Positions 7,857 through 16,173 of a stretch of DNA of 44,033 nucleotides are shown here, piece by piece. A program made the translations under genes and the position numbers. The DNA is from Pseudomonas phage Persinger: the sequence record MT613935.1; one strand, 5' to 3'. Positions within the stretch are counted from its first letter, which is position 1. Every line of letters begins with the position of its first letter. The notes under the pieces are model-generated. The model made no database searches, had not been told where the DNA came from, and saw only the letters and a program-made list of their open reading frames with translations.

Positions 7857-10130
7857 TTAGATTGGCGGTCCTATGTGCCTGTGCAGCTCGGGCGGCATCT
7901 TGAACAGCCGTTTGCTGGCCGTCCTGCGCGGTGGTCCGCCGGTCATCTTCTGCAGTAGGCGCGAACAATCGGTGGCCTGGCTCTTGGTCGGCCTGTCGTA
8001 ACCCAGCGCCATCAGCACGTCGGTGGCGGTCATTTCCTGGCCGCTGCCGCGCATGTTCCAGTTGAACCGCTGCAGCAGCAGTTCTTCCAGCGGGTCGATG
8101 GCTTCGTGTTCCTTGTTGACGCCTTCCAGTTCGGCTTCCTCTTCGCGCTCCAGCCACCAGCGTTCGCCTGCACGGTAAAGGGTCGCGACCTCTGCCCACA
8201 GCTGCTGCACGTCGATGCCGTGCTGGTAGTCCAGGTTCACAATGGGGATGGTCCACCAGCGGACGTTTCCAGTGTCGTCGGCCAGGAACCGTTCGGGGTT
8301 CACGCTGGCGAAAAACACGGTGCGGCGCTGGTATGCGGATTCAAGGCGGTCATACGGCCGGCGCAGCTGGTCAACGTCCTGCGAAATGAACGCCTTCAGC
8401 TTCGCAATGTCGGCCTTGCGGAAAGTGCCGTCCAGTTCGCCCAGCTCGACAATCCAGTGACCAATCGCGCTGCTGATGGTGTCCTTGTTGTTCGGGTCGA
8501 TGCTGGCGCCGATCTTCACCAGCTCGCGCTGCAGTGCCGGCAGCAGCGCCTTGACCCAGGCTGTCTTCCCAAGCGATTGCGGACCCTGCAGCACCAGCAC
8601 GCCTTTGGACCAGAAACCCTTCGGCATCAGTGCTGCTGCCACGGCCGAAATCAGCCAGCGGCGCACGAACAATTCCAGCATCTTGCGCGGGTAGCCTGGC
8701 GCAGTCTCCAGCGTGTCATAAAGCGCCTGCAACCTGCTGACGCCATCCCATTGCCTGGACAGGATGAAGTCAGCGGCTGGGTTGTAGCTGTTCATGGTGC
8801 CGATCAGCTTCAAGTAATCGGACGTGTCGGCCTTGGGCATGCGATTGCGCGCGCACAGTGAATTGATTTCAGCCAGGGCGCAGTTCGCCGCGTTGTCGTC
8901 GCCGTAGTGCCTGCCTGGGACGGTCACCACCACGTCTTTCTTGATTACGTTGTATTTCGCCGTGATGCCGTACTGCTCCAGCATCCACTGCAGGTTTTCC
9001 CAGGTGTTCAGCGGCTGCTGTCGGTCGGACAGGTGCGGGAACATGAACGGGTTAACGCTGCTGTCCAGGTCCAGGTAATTGTCGTTCGCGGCCTTCGGGA
9101 CTGCTGCGTTGATCTGCTCGCGCACGGCTTCGATGCCTTCCAGGGCGTGCAGGTCGTTGAAGTCGGTCGGCTTGGTCGTCAGGCTTTCGAACTGTGGCAC
9201 CACCAGGATTGCGTTAGCCGAGCTGGCCGCCTGGCGCGCGTAGTGGATACCGTCGTTTTTCTTGTCCTTTGCCCACTGGTCGTTATCCGCGCAAATCAGC
9301 AGGGTGGCAGCTGGGAACAACTCACGCATGGCGCGCGCGATGGTCGGCACGTTGCCTGCGTCGAACGCCACGGCGACGCAGTGTCCGGTGGCCATATGGA
9401 TGCTGGCGCCTGTCGAATAACCCTCGGCCACGGCGATGACCGGCTGTGCGCCAATGGGCTTGCCGCCGAGCATGAAGAACCCGCCGCGCTTCTGGCCGCC
9501 TGGCAGATAGTCGCGGTCGCGGCCGATTTCGGCGTTTTCGTTGGCGAAAATTGCCTGCAGGCTGACCAGGTGGCCGTCGATGTTCTGGATGGGCACCAGC
9601 AGCGCTTCCTGGCCGTTTCGCCACTTGCCGATGCGCAGACCGAACGACAGCACGCCTTTGCGCTGCAGATAGGGGTGTTCGTCGCCTTCCAGGTCGGCGG
9701 CCAGGTTCCAGATAGACTGCGCGCGCTCGGCTGCCATGGCGCGTTTGCGTTCGCGCTCCATGCGCTCGGCCTCTTCCTCGGCTTTGCGCTGCTGCCTGCG
9801 CCGCTCGATTTCCGATTGGTCGATTGGCTCGCGCAGGTCTTCGTTCAAGCTGAAGCCGAACTGCTGCGCCTCATGAATCAGGGTGGCAATAGTGATGCCG
9901 CCGTTAGGCTTGATGGACTTCCATGTGTCGCGGGCGTCCTTGCTGTCGTACTTTCCGGTCGCCTTCTTGCTCCAGTCGTCCCACAGTCTGAACCCGTCAT
10001 TGCCCAATTCGGACTTGATGGCCATGCCGATGCGCACCCACTCTTCGCGGCCACAGCTCGCGTCCAGGTAGGCCAGCGCCTCGGCGATCTCTTGTTCTGT
10101 CAAGTCGCGGTAAGCGTTCAGGGCGGTCAT
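7857..10130 (-). CDS. P4 alpha-like DNA primase/helicase (TOPRIM primase + SF3/D5-type helicase)
   Basis: 757 aa. TOPRIM signature (VAEGYSTGAS...LICADND). Walker A GPQSLGKT with downstream D5_N/DUF5906-like helicase region. AANDNY motif mid-protein. Confidence 0.8.
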   Translation of the reverse strand: MTALNAYRDLTEQEIAEALAYLDASCGREEWVRIGMAIKSELGNDGFRLWDDWSKKATGKYDSKDARDTWKSIKPNGGITIATLIHEAQQFGFSLNEDLREPIDQSEIERRRQQRKAEEEAERMERERKRAMAAERAQSIWNLAADLEGDEHPYLQRKGVLSFGLRIGKWRNGQEALLVPIQNIDGHLVSLQAIFANENAEIGRDRDYLPGGQKRGGFFMLGGKPIGAQPVIAVAEGYSTGASIHMATGHCVAVAFDAGNVPTIARAMRELFPAATLLICADNDQWAKDKKNDGIHYARQAASSANAILVVPQFESLTTKPTDFNDLHALEGIEAVREQINAAVPKAANDNYLDLDSSVNPFMFPHLSDRQQPLNTWENLQWMLEQYGITAKYNVIKKDVVVTVPGRHYGDDNAANCALAEINSLCARNRMPKADTSDYLKLIGTMNSYNPAADFILSRQWDGVSRLQALYDTLETAPGYPRKMLELFVRRWLISAVAAALMPKGFWSKGVLVLQGPQSLGKTAWVKALLPALQRELVKIGASIDPNNKDTISSAIGHWIVELGELDGTFRKADIAKLKAFISQDVDQLRRPYDRLESAYQRRTVFFASVNPERFLADDTGNVRWWTIPIVNLDYQHGIDVQQLWAEVATLYRAGERWWLEREEEAELEGVNKEHEAIDPLEELLLQRFNWNMRGSGQEMTATDVLMALGYDRPTKSQATDCSRLLQKMTGGPPRRTASKRLFKMPPELHRHIGPPI

Positions 10131-10169
10131 GGCTGGCGCCCTGTGCTGGTGAAATTCATTCGATGCCCC

Positions 10170-10409
10170 TTAGCCCTGGCGTGCGTACCAGATGGCCTTA
10201 ATTGTCGCTTCCAGACGCTGCACGGCCGCTTCGCCGCGCTTCTCCAGGATGCCGCCGCGTCGCTTGCCGCCTATTTCGTCCAGCTCGCCGCGCAGGAACT
10301 TGCGCCGTGCTGCCAGTGTCGGCATGGCGATGATGGCGCGTGCCTCGCATTCGTGCCGCCATTCCTCGCTGTCGCTGGCCGCCTGGCGGCCGTCGTGCAG
10401 CGTCACCAT
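10170..10409 (-). CDS. Hypothetical protein (79 aa)
   Basis: Start at internal Met (MVTLHDGRQAASDSEEWRHE...). The N-terminal part of the 166-aa track ORF overlaps the AlpA-like gene in another frame. Confidence 0.35.
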   Translation of the reverse strand: MVTLHDGRQAASDSEEWRHECEARAIIAMPTLAARRKFLRGELDEIGGKRRGGILEKRGEAAVQRLEATIKAIWYARQG

Positions 10410-10432
10410 AGTGGGTCGCCAGCTGCAGACGT

Positions 10433-10615
10433 TCACGACTGCGCGACCTTCACGCGCAGCAGCTCCAGGGCGTGTTCGGGAATCTCGCGGCGGTCGTCTT
10501 TGCACCGCCAGATGCGGACGGTTTGCGGCTTGCGGTTCAGCAGCTCGCCGACCTTTGCGGGCGTCAAGCCGTGTTCGGCCATCAGCTGGTGCAGCTGTTC
10601 GGTTCGTGTAGTCAT
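10433..10615 (-). CDS. AlpA/Xis-like small HTH regulator
   Basis: MTTRTEQLHQLMAEHGLTPAKVGELLNRKPQTVRIWRCK...: short HTH protein of the AlpA type sitting upstream of the alpha-like primase as in P4. Start at Met 10615. Confidence 0.5.
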   Translation of the reverse strand: MTTRTEQLHQLMAEHGLTPAKVGELLNRKPQTVRIWRCKDDRREIPEHALELLRVKVAQS

Positions 10616-10641
10616 GTCGTGTAATCGCTGGTGTTGAGGTA

Positions 10642-10689
10642 GGCGCCCATTGTACATGGGCGCGTTTCAATAAGTAAACAGTATCTGTT
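10642..10689. promoter_or_regulatory. Two perfect palindromes upstream of the AlpA-like gene (candidate operators)
   Basis: GCGCCCAT-TGTAC-ATGGGCGC (10642-10662) and AAACAG-TAT-CTGTTT (10675-10689), 27-75 bp upstream of start 10615. Confidence 0.4.
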
Positions 10690-10711
10690 TTTACTCACGC
10701 ATCACTGCAAA

Positions 10712-10870
10712 TCACTTCAGGCCATGCCGGATAGCGTGATAGACGGCCTTCTGCAGCGTTGACACTTCGACGCCGAGCGCTCGCGCTATGGCCTTCCATC
10801 CGATTCCTTCCTGGCGCAGCTCATAGGCCAGCGCCAGGTCGGCGTTCGTGTAGGTGGTCGGCCGGCTCAC
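10712..10870 (-). CDS. Small HTH protein (52 aa), below the ORF-track cutoff
   Basis: VSRPTTYTNADLALAYELRQEGIGWKAIARALGVEVSTLQKAVYHAIRHGLK. GTG start overlapping the HNH stop (GTGA). Hin/resolvase-type HTH (GIGWKAIARALGVEVSTL). Confidence 0.4.
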   Translation of the reverse strand: MSRPTTYTNADLALAYELRQEGIGWKAIARALGVEVSTLQKAVYHAIRHGLK

Positions 10871-11160
10871 GGCTGCGCCACCGGCTGGAACAGCACCGCG
10901 TCGCCACGGTGCACGTTCTCGCGTTGGGTCACTGGGTCCAGGTGGTCAGGGTTGCAGCACGCCCGGTTCTTGCACAGGTGGTCAAGCACCAGGCCGCCAG
11001 CGATGGGTCCGCGCAGCAGCTGCCAGACGACGCGGTGGACCATCAGGCGCTTGCCCTGGACCCACACGCGGCCATAGCCGTTGCGGTTCAGTTCGCCTTG
11101 CCATTCCCAGCACCAGGCAGCCGTCACCATGATGCGCGGCTGCAGTTTCTCCAGGCTCAC
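10867..11160 (-). CDS. HNH endonuclease
   Basis: 97 aa. WQGELNRNGYGRVWVQGKRLMVHRVVWQLLRGPIAGGLVLDHLCKNRACCNPDHL: HNH_3 pattern. Confidence 0.75.
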   Translation of the reverse strand: MSLEKLQPRIMVTAAWCWEWQGELNRNGYGRVWVQGKRLMVHRVVWQLLRGPIAGGLVLDHLCKNRACCNPDHLDPVTQRENVHRGDAVLFQPVAQP

Positions 11161-11459
11161 GCATCACGCGCCTTTCCGGCCTCGCCGGCTGCCTGGTTGT
11201 CGTTGTCTTCCTTGCCGGGCGCGGGTCGATGCGCTGCGCAGTAAGGACAGACCCAGCCATGGCGGTACTTAACCCACCCACGCTCACGCGCTTCCGTCTC
11301 AAGGTCGCGGTATGTATTGATCACTGAAGCCTGCGTGTCGGATGCTTCTTGCATCGGCCCTTCATTGTCGTGCGACCAGCACCTCTCCGGTGAGTAGCCT
11401 TTTCCATCTGACCACTTCTCGCACCGATCTTCGCAGCGTATTTCGATCCAGAAGCCCAT
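11157..11459 (-). CDS. Cys-rich hypothetical protein (100 aa), C-terminal EDNDNQ tail
   Basis: Start at Met 11459 (MGFWIEIRCEDRCEKW...), overlapping the upstream stop (TGATG). GWVCPYC near the C-terminus. Confidence 0.4.
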   Translation of the reverse strand: MGFWIEIRCEDRCEKWSDGKGYSPERCWSHDNEGPMQEASDTQASVINTYRDLETEARERGWVKYRHGWVCPYCAAHRPAPGKEDNDNQAAGEAGKARDA

Positions 11460-11692
11460 CACACCCCCTCCTTGCTGTTGCGCCGACGCCTCTCCCATGC
11501 TTCGAACTCCTGTCGCGTTGCCACACAGGATCCATGCGAGCAGCCATACTCGTGGCAAACGGTTTTGTTGCAGACCGAGCGAAATCCAGTTCCGCCGCAG
11601 TGATCGCATCCGGAGCGGCAGTGCGTGCATCTGAAGACCTCGCCAACCTGGCCGGTTCTGTTTCCGCCTGCATCCTGAACAGCATTCATCAC
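11459..11692 (-). CDS. Cys-rich zinc-finger-like protein (77 aa)
   Basis: CTHCRSGCDHCGG...CNKTVCHEYGCSHGSC: 12 Cys in 77 aa. ATGA-coupled to the upstream gene. Confidence 0.45.
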   Translation of the reverse strand: MMNAVQDAGGNRTGQVGEVFRCTHCRSGCDHCGGTGFRSVCNKTVCHEYGCSHGSCVATRQEFEAWERRRRNSKEGV

Positions 11693-12735
11693 ACCCCCTC
11701 CTTGCCGGGCGCGGCGGCGAGAAACTTACGTAGGTCACGAAGGAGTGCCCTGCCGGTGACGCCACGTTGTGCAAGAAATTCAGCTAGTCTGCCGATGAAC
11801 TCTTCCGGCACGCTGTGCTGAGCCTGGGCGCTATCCCCGGAGGCCTTCACGCATGACTTGATCGACGCCAACAGGTAGGACCAGGCGAAGCCGCGCTCCT
11901 GATTCGGGCGCAAACCAAGCGCACGTGCCACGTCATCGCGACACTGTTTGTCCAGGTCGTTGAGTTGCTGAGCCTGGGCTACAGGGGTACGAAGCCCGGC
12001 GATCAGCCGATCCACAATGGCCTTGTTCTTGAAATCGCCGTAGCGGGCGTCTGCTGTCGCATCGAGCAACTGTCTGGCCATGCGCAAAGTGCCTTCCTGC
12101 TCTGGATTGGTCGCCGTCTTGAACGAACCGAGCATTGCTGATAGTCCAATGCGCAGCGGGTCATGCGCGCGACTCAGCTTCTCCAACTCCGCGACCCTGG
12201 CCAGGGCGGCGTCGCGCTCCAGCACGATCTTCTGGGCAGCCTTGATGCTGGCGTGGTCGCCATGAACGAACAGATTGCCGTCGCCGCCACCAACGCCCAT
12301 GGTGCATTCGTAGGTTGGTCGCTCCGCCTCTGCCTGCACCGTGAATGGTTGTTTGAGCAGCTCGTTAACGCAGGCATCACGTTCTTTCTTGTCGCTGTAC
12401 CCATTGGGGTTGTTCTGTCCGTCGCCATAGCCCCACTCGTAAGCCTCGCGCAGCCGCTCCATCTCTTCCTGCTCGGACCGCGCCAGGAGGGCACGGCCTT
12501 GCCATGCCCGCCATGCTATTCGTTCGTCCTCCACAGAGAGAGTTTGGTGGCGCTGCACCTTGAAAACGCCTCTGTCTGTGTTTTCCTCGTAGGTGACTTC
12601 GTTCAGCCACGCATTGAACGCCGTGCGCTCATCCCCGCCTGCCTGCTCTACATTCGCAAACTCGCACCCCGGAATGCTGCACGGCATTCCGTCATTGTCG
12701 CCACACTTCCCGCATTTCTTGATAGTCATTTGCAC
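11689..12735 (-). CDS. Hypothetical protein (348 aa) with N-terminal Cys cluster
   Basis: CGKCGDNDGMPCSIPGC at the N-terminus. Long ORF in operon context with coupled start/stop. No family recognised. Confidence 0.55.
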   Translation of the reverse strand: MQMTIKKCGKCGDNDGMPCSIPGCEFANVEQAGGDERTAFNAWLNEVTYEENTDRGVFKVQRHQTLSVEDERIAWRAWQGRALLARSEQEEMERLREAYEWGYGDGQNNPNGYSDKKERDACVNELLKQPFTVQAEAERPTYECTMGVGGGDGNLFVHGDHASIKAAQKIVLERDAALARVAELEKLSRAHDPLRIGLSAMLGSFKTATNPEQEGTLRMARQLLDATADARYGDFKNKAIVDRLIAGLRTPVAQAQQLNDLDKQCRDDVARALGLRPNQERGFAWSYLLASIKSCVKASGDSAQAQHSVPEEFIGRLAEFLAQRGVTGRALLRDLRKFLAAAPGKEGV

Positions 12736-12911
12736 ACCTCAGCAGCATTCCCGCGATAGTCCGGCCAGCCGTACTGGCCGCGAGTGTCTTTGAAGGTCTG
12801 GACCATTTCGCAGTAGGTCGCCTGCTGTTGGTCCAGGTCGTCCGGTTGCCGTGCGTGATCCAGGGTCAGCATCACAGCGATGGCGAGCGCCAGCATTCCA
12901 AGCCAGTTCAT
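12726..12911 (-). CDS. Small protein with hydrophobic N-terminus (61 aa)
   Basis: MNWLGMLALAIAVMLTLDHA...: signal/TM-like start. ATGA-coupled to the upstream gene. Confidence 0.4.
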   Translation of the reverse strand: MNWLGMLALAIAVMLTLDHARQPDDLDQQQATYCEMVQTFKDTRGQYGWPDYRGNAAEVCK

Positions 12912-13069
12912 TTCGCGTCACTCAGGTGCCAGCCGTTGCAGTACCGGCATCCTTCCGGCCGGCGCAGAACGCCCTGGCGCTGGGCAATCGAATTGCAGGC
13001 GGCCTGCGCCTGGTCCTTGGTCTGGAAACGGCGGCGCAGCTTGCACTGGTGGTCGTCTTGAATCCGCAT
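12908..13069 (-). CDS. Small zinc-finger protein (53 aa) with CRYCNGWHLS motif
   Basis: Start at Met 13069 behind GAGGAA RBS. C-terminal C-x2-C-NGWHLS motif shared with the C-terminus of 13174-13512. Confidence 0.4.
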   Translation of the reverse strand: MRIQDDHQCKLRRRFQTKDQAQAACNSIAQRQGVLRRPEGCRYCNGWHLSDAK

Positions 13070-13120
13070 GGGTTGGTTCCTCGCGTTGTTGGTGTTTACG
13101 GTTGGAAATACTAGCCAGCG

Positions 13121-13158
13121 GCAAAGAAAAACGCCCATGAATTTCTTCTATGGGCGTT
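13121..13158 (-). terminator. Rho-independent terminator (minus strand)
   Basis: AACGCCCAT (13130-13138) / 11-nt loop / ATGGGCGTT (13150-13158). On the minus strand followed by TTTCTTTGC. Confidence 0.5.
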
Positions 13159-13173
13159 CGGGCGTATGATAGG

Positions 13174-13512
13174 TTACTGCGCGTTGTTGTCGTTCGCTGG
13201 CGCCTGGCTGCTCAAGTGCCAGCCGTTACAGTGCGGGCACAGGTAGAACCGCGTTGGTATCTTCGGCGTCTTCGGGTCGTGCCTGATGTGACCAAGCGCA
13301 ATCATCGCGTCCAGCTCGGTGCGATAGCGCCGTTTTCTGCAAACGATTTGCCCATTCGGCAGACGCCACGCCACCGCCTTGCCGTGCACGATGATGATAG
13401 CGGCTCCAGCATCGCGCACCAGGGCGGCCATGGCCTTGGCGATGTAGCCACGACGCCGGCCATGTTCGTGTTCGATGCGCGCCCGACGCTTGGCGAACTC
13501 GGCGGCGTTCAC
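13174..13512 (-). CDS. Putative HNH-like/zinc-ribbon nuclease with CPHCNGWHLS motif and C-terminal PANDNNAQ
   Basis: Start set at GTG 13512, overlapping the stop of the small zinc-ribbon ORF (GTGA). ...EHEHG...LGHIRHDP...YLCPHCNGWHLSSQAPANDNNAQ. The track's longer N-terminus is Arg-rich and overlaps a better small ORF. Confidence 0.35.
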   Translation of the reverse strand: MNAAEFAKRRARIEHEHGRRRGYIAKAMAALVRDAGAAIIIVHGKAVAWRLPNGQIVCRKRRYRTELDAMIALGHIRHDPKTPKIPTRFYLCPHCNGWHLSSQAPANDNNAQ

Positions 13513-13655
13513 AGCGCACCGCCTACGATTTCCTTTCCTTTCGCGTTCGCCTTGGCTTTGCATGACTTGCCGCAGTACAGACCCCAGCCACGGCGGGCAT
13601 CGGACGCGCGAGCCTTGAATGACTGTCCGCAATTGGCGCACTCGCGATCAACCAT
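13509..13655 (-). CDS. Small C4 zinc-ribbon protein (48 aa), below the ORF-track cutoff
   Basis: MVDRECANCGQSFKARASDARRGWGLYCGKSCKAKANAKGKEIVGGAL read from the sequence (CxxC...CxxxC). Weak RBS. Confidence 0.3.
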   Translation of the reverse strand: MVDRECANCGQSFKARASDARRGWGLYCGKSCKAKANAKGKEIVGGAL

Positions 13656-13675
13656 CAGCGGCTGTGGTTTGCGGT

Positions 13676-14059
13676 TCACATTTCACCTTCCACGACGCGC
13701 ACCGCGTCTTCAGCGCAGCGGACCACGCCAGCGCGCCCGCCGTTGTCGTTCACGGCCTGGATGAATGCCTGCTGCTGGGTGGTCGGCTTGCCCTTCGGCG
13801 TCTTCACTTCCAGCGCGGTGAACACGGCGACTTTCTGTCCGACCATATCGGCGGTGATCGTCACCGGCACCAGGCCGAACAGGTCGCTGAACCCAGGCGG
13901 CAGGCCGGTGGTGAACGGTCGCGCGTTGATAATCAGCATGTTCCGGCCCTGGCGCACGAACTGTTCACCAGTCCACGCCTGGCCGACGTTGGCGCGGAAG
14001 ATCAGTCCCTTGCCGGCCAGTGCGTTTCTGATGGTGTTCTGGATGGCGTGTTCGCTCAT
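13676..14059 (-). CDS. VRR-NUC domain nuclease
   Basis: 127 aa. GFSDLFGLVP...ALEVKTPKGKPTTQQQAFIQAV fits the VRR-NUC PD-(D/E)xK core (D...E-x-K). Confidence 0.55.
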   Translation of the reverse strand: MSEHAIQNTIRNALAGKGLIFRANVGQAWTGEQFVRQGRNMLIINARPFTTGLPPGFSDLFGLVPVTITADMVGQKVAVFTALEVKTPKGKPTTQQQAFIQAVNDNGGRAGVVRCAEDAVRVVEGEM

Positions 14060-14286
14060 TTCTTCGCCCTCGACTTCGTGACGATGTGGTTAGGGTTCGC
14101 CTGCGCCAGCCGCTCGGCCGGCACGCAAATGAACGGCCGAACGCCGGTCAGCACAGGGAACCATTCGCCATCGAACTGCACCCAGTCGCGGCGCGTGCGC
14201 TTCCGGTATTCCGGCTGGCGATCCACCGTGGTGAACAGGTGGCCAGGCGACCCATCGGGCCGCCTTTCGTGAACGTCGATCAGCAC
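14056..14286 (-). CDS. Hypothetical protein
   Basis: Start proposed at GTG 14286, overlapping the upstream stop (GTGCTGA). The ATG at 14376 would overlap the upstream gene by ~95 nt. Confidence 0.3.
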   Translation of the reverse strand: MLIDVHERRPDGSPGHLFTTVDRQPEYRKRTRRDWVQFDGEWFPVLTGVRPFICVPAERLAQANPNHIVTKSRAKK

Positions 14287-14546
14287 GGTGCACCACCAAG
14301 CAGTCCAACTGGCTGCAGCTGGGAAGTGCCCACAACGTCCAGCACTTCCAGGGTCATAGCTTCCACCATCAGCCATGCTAAGGCTTTGGCGGTGTTCTTG
14401 GGCATGGCCGCGCGAGTGACGTACTCACCGCCATCTGGATAGCGGCAGCTGGCGAAGATTACGCGCTCGCCGTACTGGTTTCCCTCAACCCACCAGCGCA
14501 TCGGAAGCCGGTGGGGGAAAGGGTATCGGGTGAATTGGCGGTTCAT
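14280..14546 (-). CDS. Hypothetical protein (88 aa)
   Basis: ATGA-coupled to the upstream gene. No family recognised. Confidence 0.4.
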   Translation of the reverse strand: MNRQFTRYPFPHRLPMRWWVEGNQYGERVIFASCRYPDGGEYVTRAAMPKNTAKALAWLMVEAMTLEVLDVVGTSQLQPVGLLGGAPC

Positions 14547-15199
14547 GCTGTCAGTTCCTTTGATTCGTTGTTGTCGTTGGCCGGGTTTCGCACAGCGCTT
14601 CTGGCTATAGAAATCAGAACGTCACGAAACTCTTGCGGCGTTGCGTTGCGAATCCTGGTCTTATCCTTACCTCCAACCATCGCCATCATCCCGATACGCC
14701 TGGCTTTCTCATACCCGTAAAGCTCGACGGCGCGAGGATGAAGCTTTTGCGGTGATGGACCCCATACTAGTTCAGGAAGATGTACGCCTGCCGCGTAAAG
14801 CCATGTGGGCTTGCGTGAAAGGTGCCCATAGTGCCCCTGCTCGACGTAGCAGGTCCACCCACCATATTCGTCAGCCTTCACCCATCCGCCAGATTTTGGC
14901 GGCACGTTCAGGCCGAAGTATCGCCACGCATGCGAGTGCGCAGGGTGTTCGATTACGCCGCCATAGTTTCTAACTGCCGTCAGTGCGGCTGCGAAGCATC
15001 CGCCATCCTCGCCAAGACGAAACTGGTGCGGCTTGTTTGGCGCGCCGTGCCAGTAACGCCCCCAGCGCTGGCACGGCGGATGCGCAACGACAGGATTCAT
15101 TCCGCTGTACTTCCTCGCGTCTCTAGCCTCATCCCAAGGGTCAACGCCATCAAGCCCGAAGTAGGCACCATCAGTTTCGACGTAGAGCGCAGCAATCAT
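14543..15199 (-). CDS. Conserved hypothetical protein (218 aa), C-terminal PANDNNESKELTA
   Basis: Trp/His/Tyr-rich (HPPCQRWGRYWHG, HPAHSHAWRYFG) suggesting a metal or nucleotide site. No confident family assignment. Confidence 0.45.
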   Translation of the reverse strand: MIAALYVETDGAYFGLDGVDPWDEARDARKYSGMNPVVAHPPCQRWGRYWHGAPNKPHQFRLGEDGGCFAAALTAVRNYGGVIEHPAHSHAWRYFGLNVPPKSGGWVKADEYGGWTCYVEQGHYGHLSRKPTWLYAAGVHLPELVWGPSPQKLHPRAVELYGYEKARRIGMMAMVGGKDKTRIRNATPQEFRDVLISIARSAVRNPANDNNESKELTA

Positions 15200-16173
15200 A
15201 CCGCACCTTCCTGCAGCTCCAGCTGCTTGGCCTTGTCGGCCTTCTCGCGCGCCTTGCGCTGTTTCTCTTCCAGGACGCGCTGCGCTTCCTCCAGGATCAG
15301 ATGCACCTGCATGGCGGCTTCCACGCTGATGGTCACGGTGCCTTCGGTGATTTCGCCCCGGTGGAATCGGTCGATGGCCACCAGGTCGTCAGGCTTGAAC
15401 GCGGCGTGCAGCTTGGTGGCGGTCTGGTGCAGGTCGTCCAGCAGGCTGCGCGGCACGCTCGGCCCTTTGATGGTGCCGGCAGTGACCTTGCCTTTCCCCT
15501 GCGCCTTGGCTTTCTCCAGTTCCTCGGCCAGCGCCTCGCCGGCCTTCTCGCCGTGCTTGCGCACCAGCTTGACCGCCTCTGCACCGGACACGACGCCATC
15601 CCTTACGCCCTGCTGAACTTCCGGCGGTGCGCTCGCGAGCGCCAGCAGCTGGTCCACGCGCTGCCTGGTCATGCCAATGGCCTTGGCGATTTCATCAGGC
15701 TTGCGCCCACGCGCAGCCTTGCGCTGGCAGCCACGCGCCATTTCCAGGTCGGTCAGCCGGCGGTTCTTGTTGCTGGTGAAAATGCGGTCTTCCTGTTCCT
15801 CTTCGTCGCCGTCGAACGGCACGACGGAAACCCAGTAATCCGTCACGCTAGGGTCGGTCTTGCTGGGCGTGCGCGCCAGTCGGCCTTCGGTGTCCAGCTT
15901 CCACAGTGCGCGCGTGCGGCACTCGCCATCGACCAGCCAAACGCCGCCTTCCTCGCGCGGAACGACTTCCAGCGGCGGAATGGGCATGCCGTCTGCGATC
16001 AGGTCGGCCAGTTCGTCGATGCTTTCCTGGAAGGTCTTCCCGTTCTCGTCGCGCTCTTCCGGGTCACGCAGGTTGAAGCCGGGTCGAATGTGGATTTCTT
16101 CCAGTCGGACTTTCCAGGCGTCGGCGCGTTTCGCGGTGCCTTGGTCGCGCAGCTGGTTAAAGGTCGTTGCCAT
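15196..16173 (-). CDS. ParB-like nuclease (ParB/Srx N-terminal) domain protein with HTH and coiled-coil C-terminus
   Basis: IHIRPGFNLR...PIPPLEVV...VDGECRTRA ParB N-domain signature. HTH (IAKAIGMTRQRVDQLL). Lys/Glu-rich C-terminus. No ParA partner in the window. Confidence 0.65.
   Translation of the reverse strand: MATTFNQLRDQGTAKRADAWKVRLEEIHIRPGFNLRDPEERDENGKTFQESIDELADLIADGMPIPPLEVVPREEGGVWLVDGECRTRALWKLDTEGRLARTPSKTDPSVTDYWVSVVPFDGDEEEQEDRIFTSNKNRRLTDLEMARGCQRKAARGRKPDEIAKAIGMTRQRVDQLLALASAPPEVQQGVRDGVVSGAEAVKLVRKHGEKAGEALAEELEKAKAQGKGKVTAGTIKGPSVPRSLLDDLHQTATKLHAAFKPDDLVAIDRFHRGEITEGTVTISVEAAMQVHLILEEAQRVLEEKQRKAREKADKAKQLELQEGAV

Noticed and set aside
13088-13108. Third copy of the palindromic promoter block on the plus strand
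   Set aside because: Only the GTTTACGG..GGAAA half matches. Flanks are not conserved, and it overlaps a good terminator hairpin. Probably chance or decayed.
14543-15199. HPPCQ in 14543-15199 as a C5 cytosine methyltransferase motif IV
   Set aside because: No motif I (FxGxG), ENV or target-recognition region could be found. Isolated PCQ is insufficient.
15196-16173. ParB-like protein as half of a ParAB partition system (phage-plasmid lifestyle)
   Set aside because: No ParA/Walker ATPase gene or parS-like repeat array nearby. An integrase and attP are present, so a nuclease/ParB-domain accessory role is more likely.
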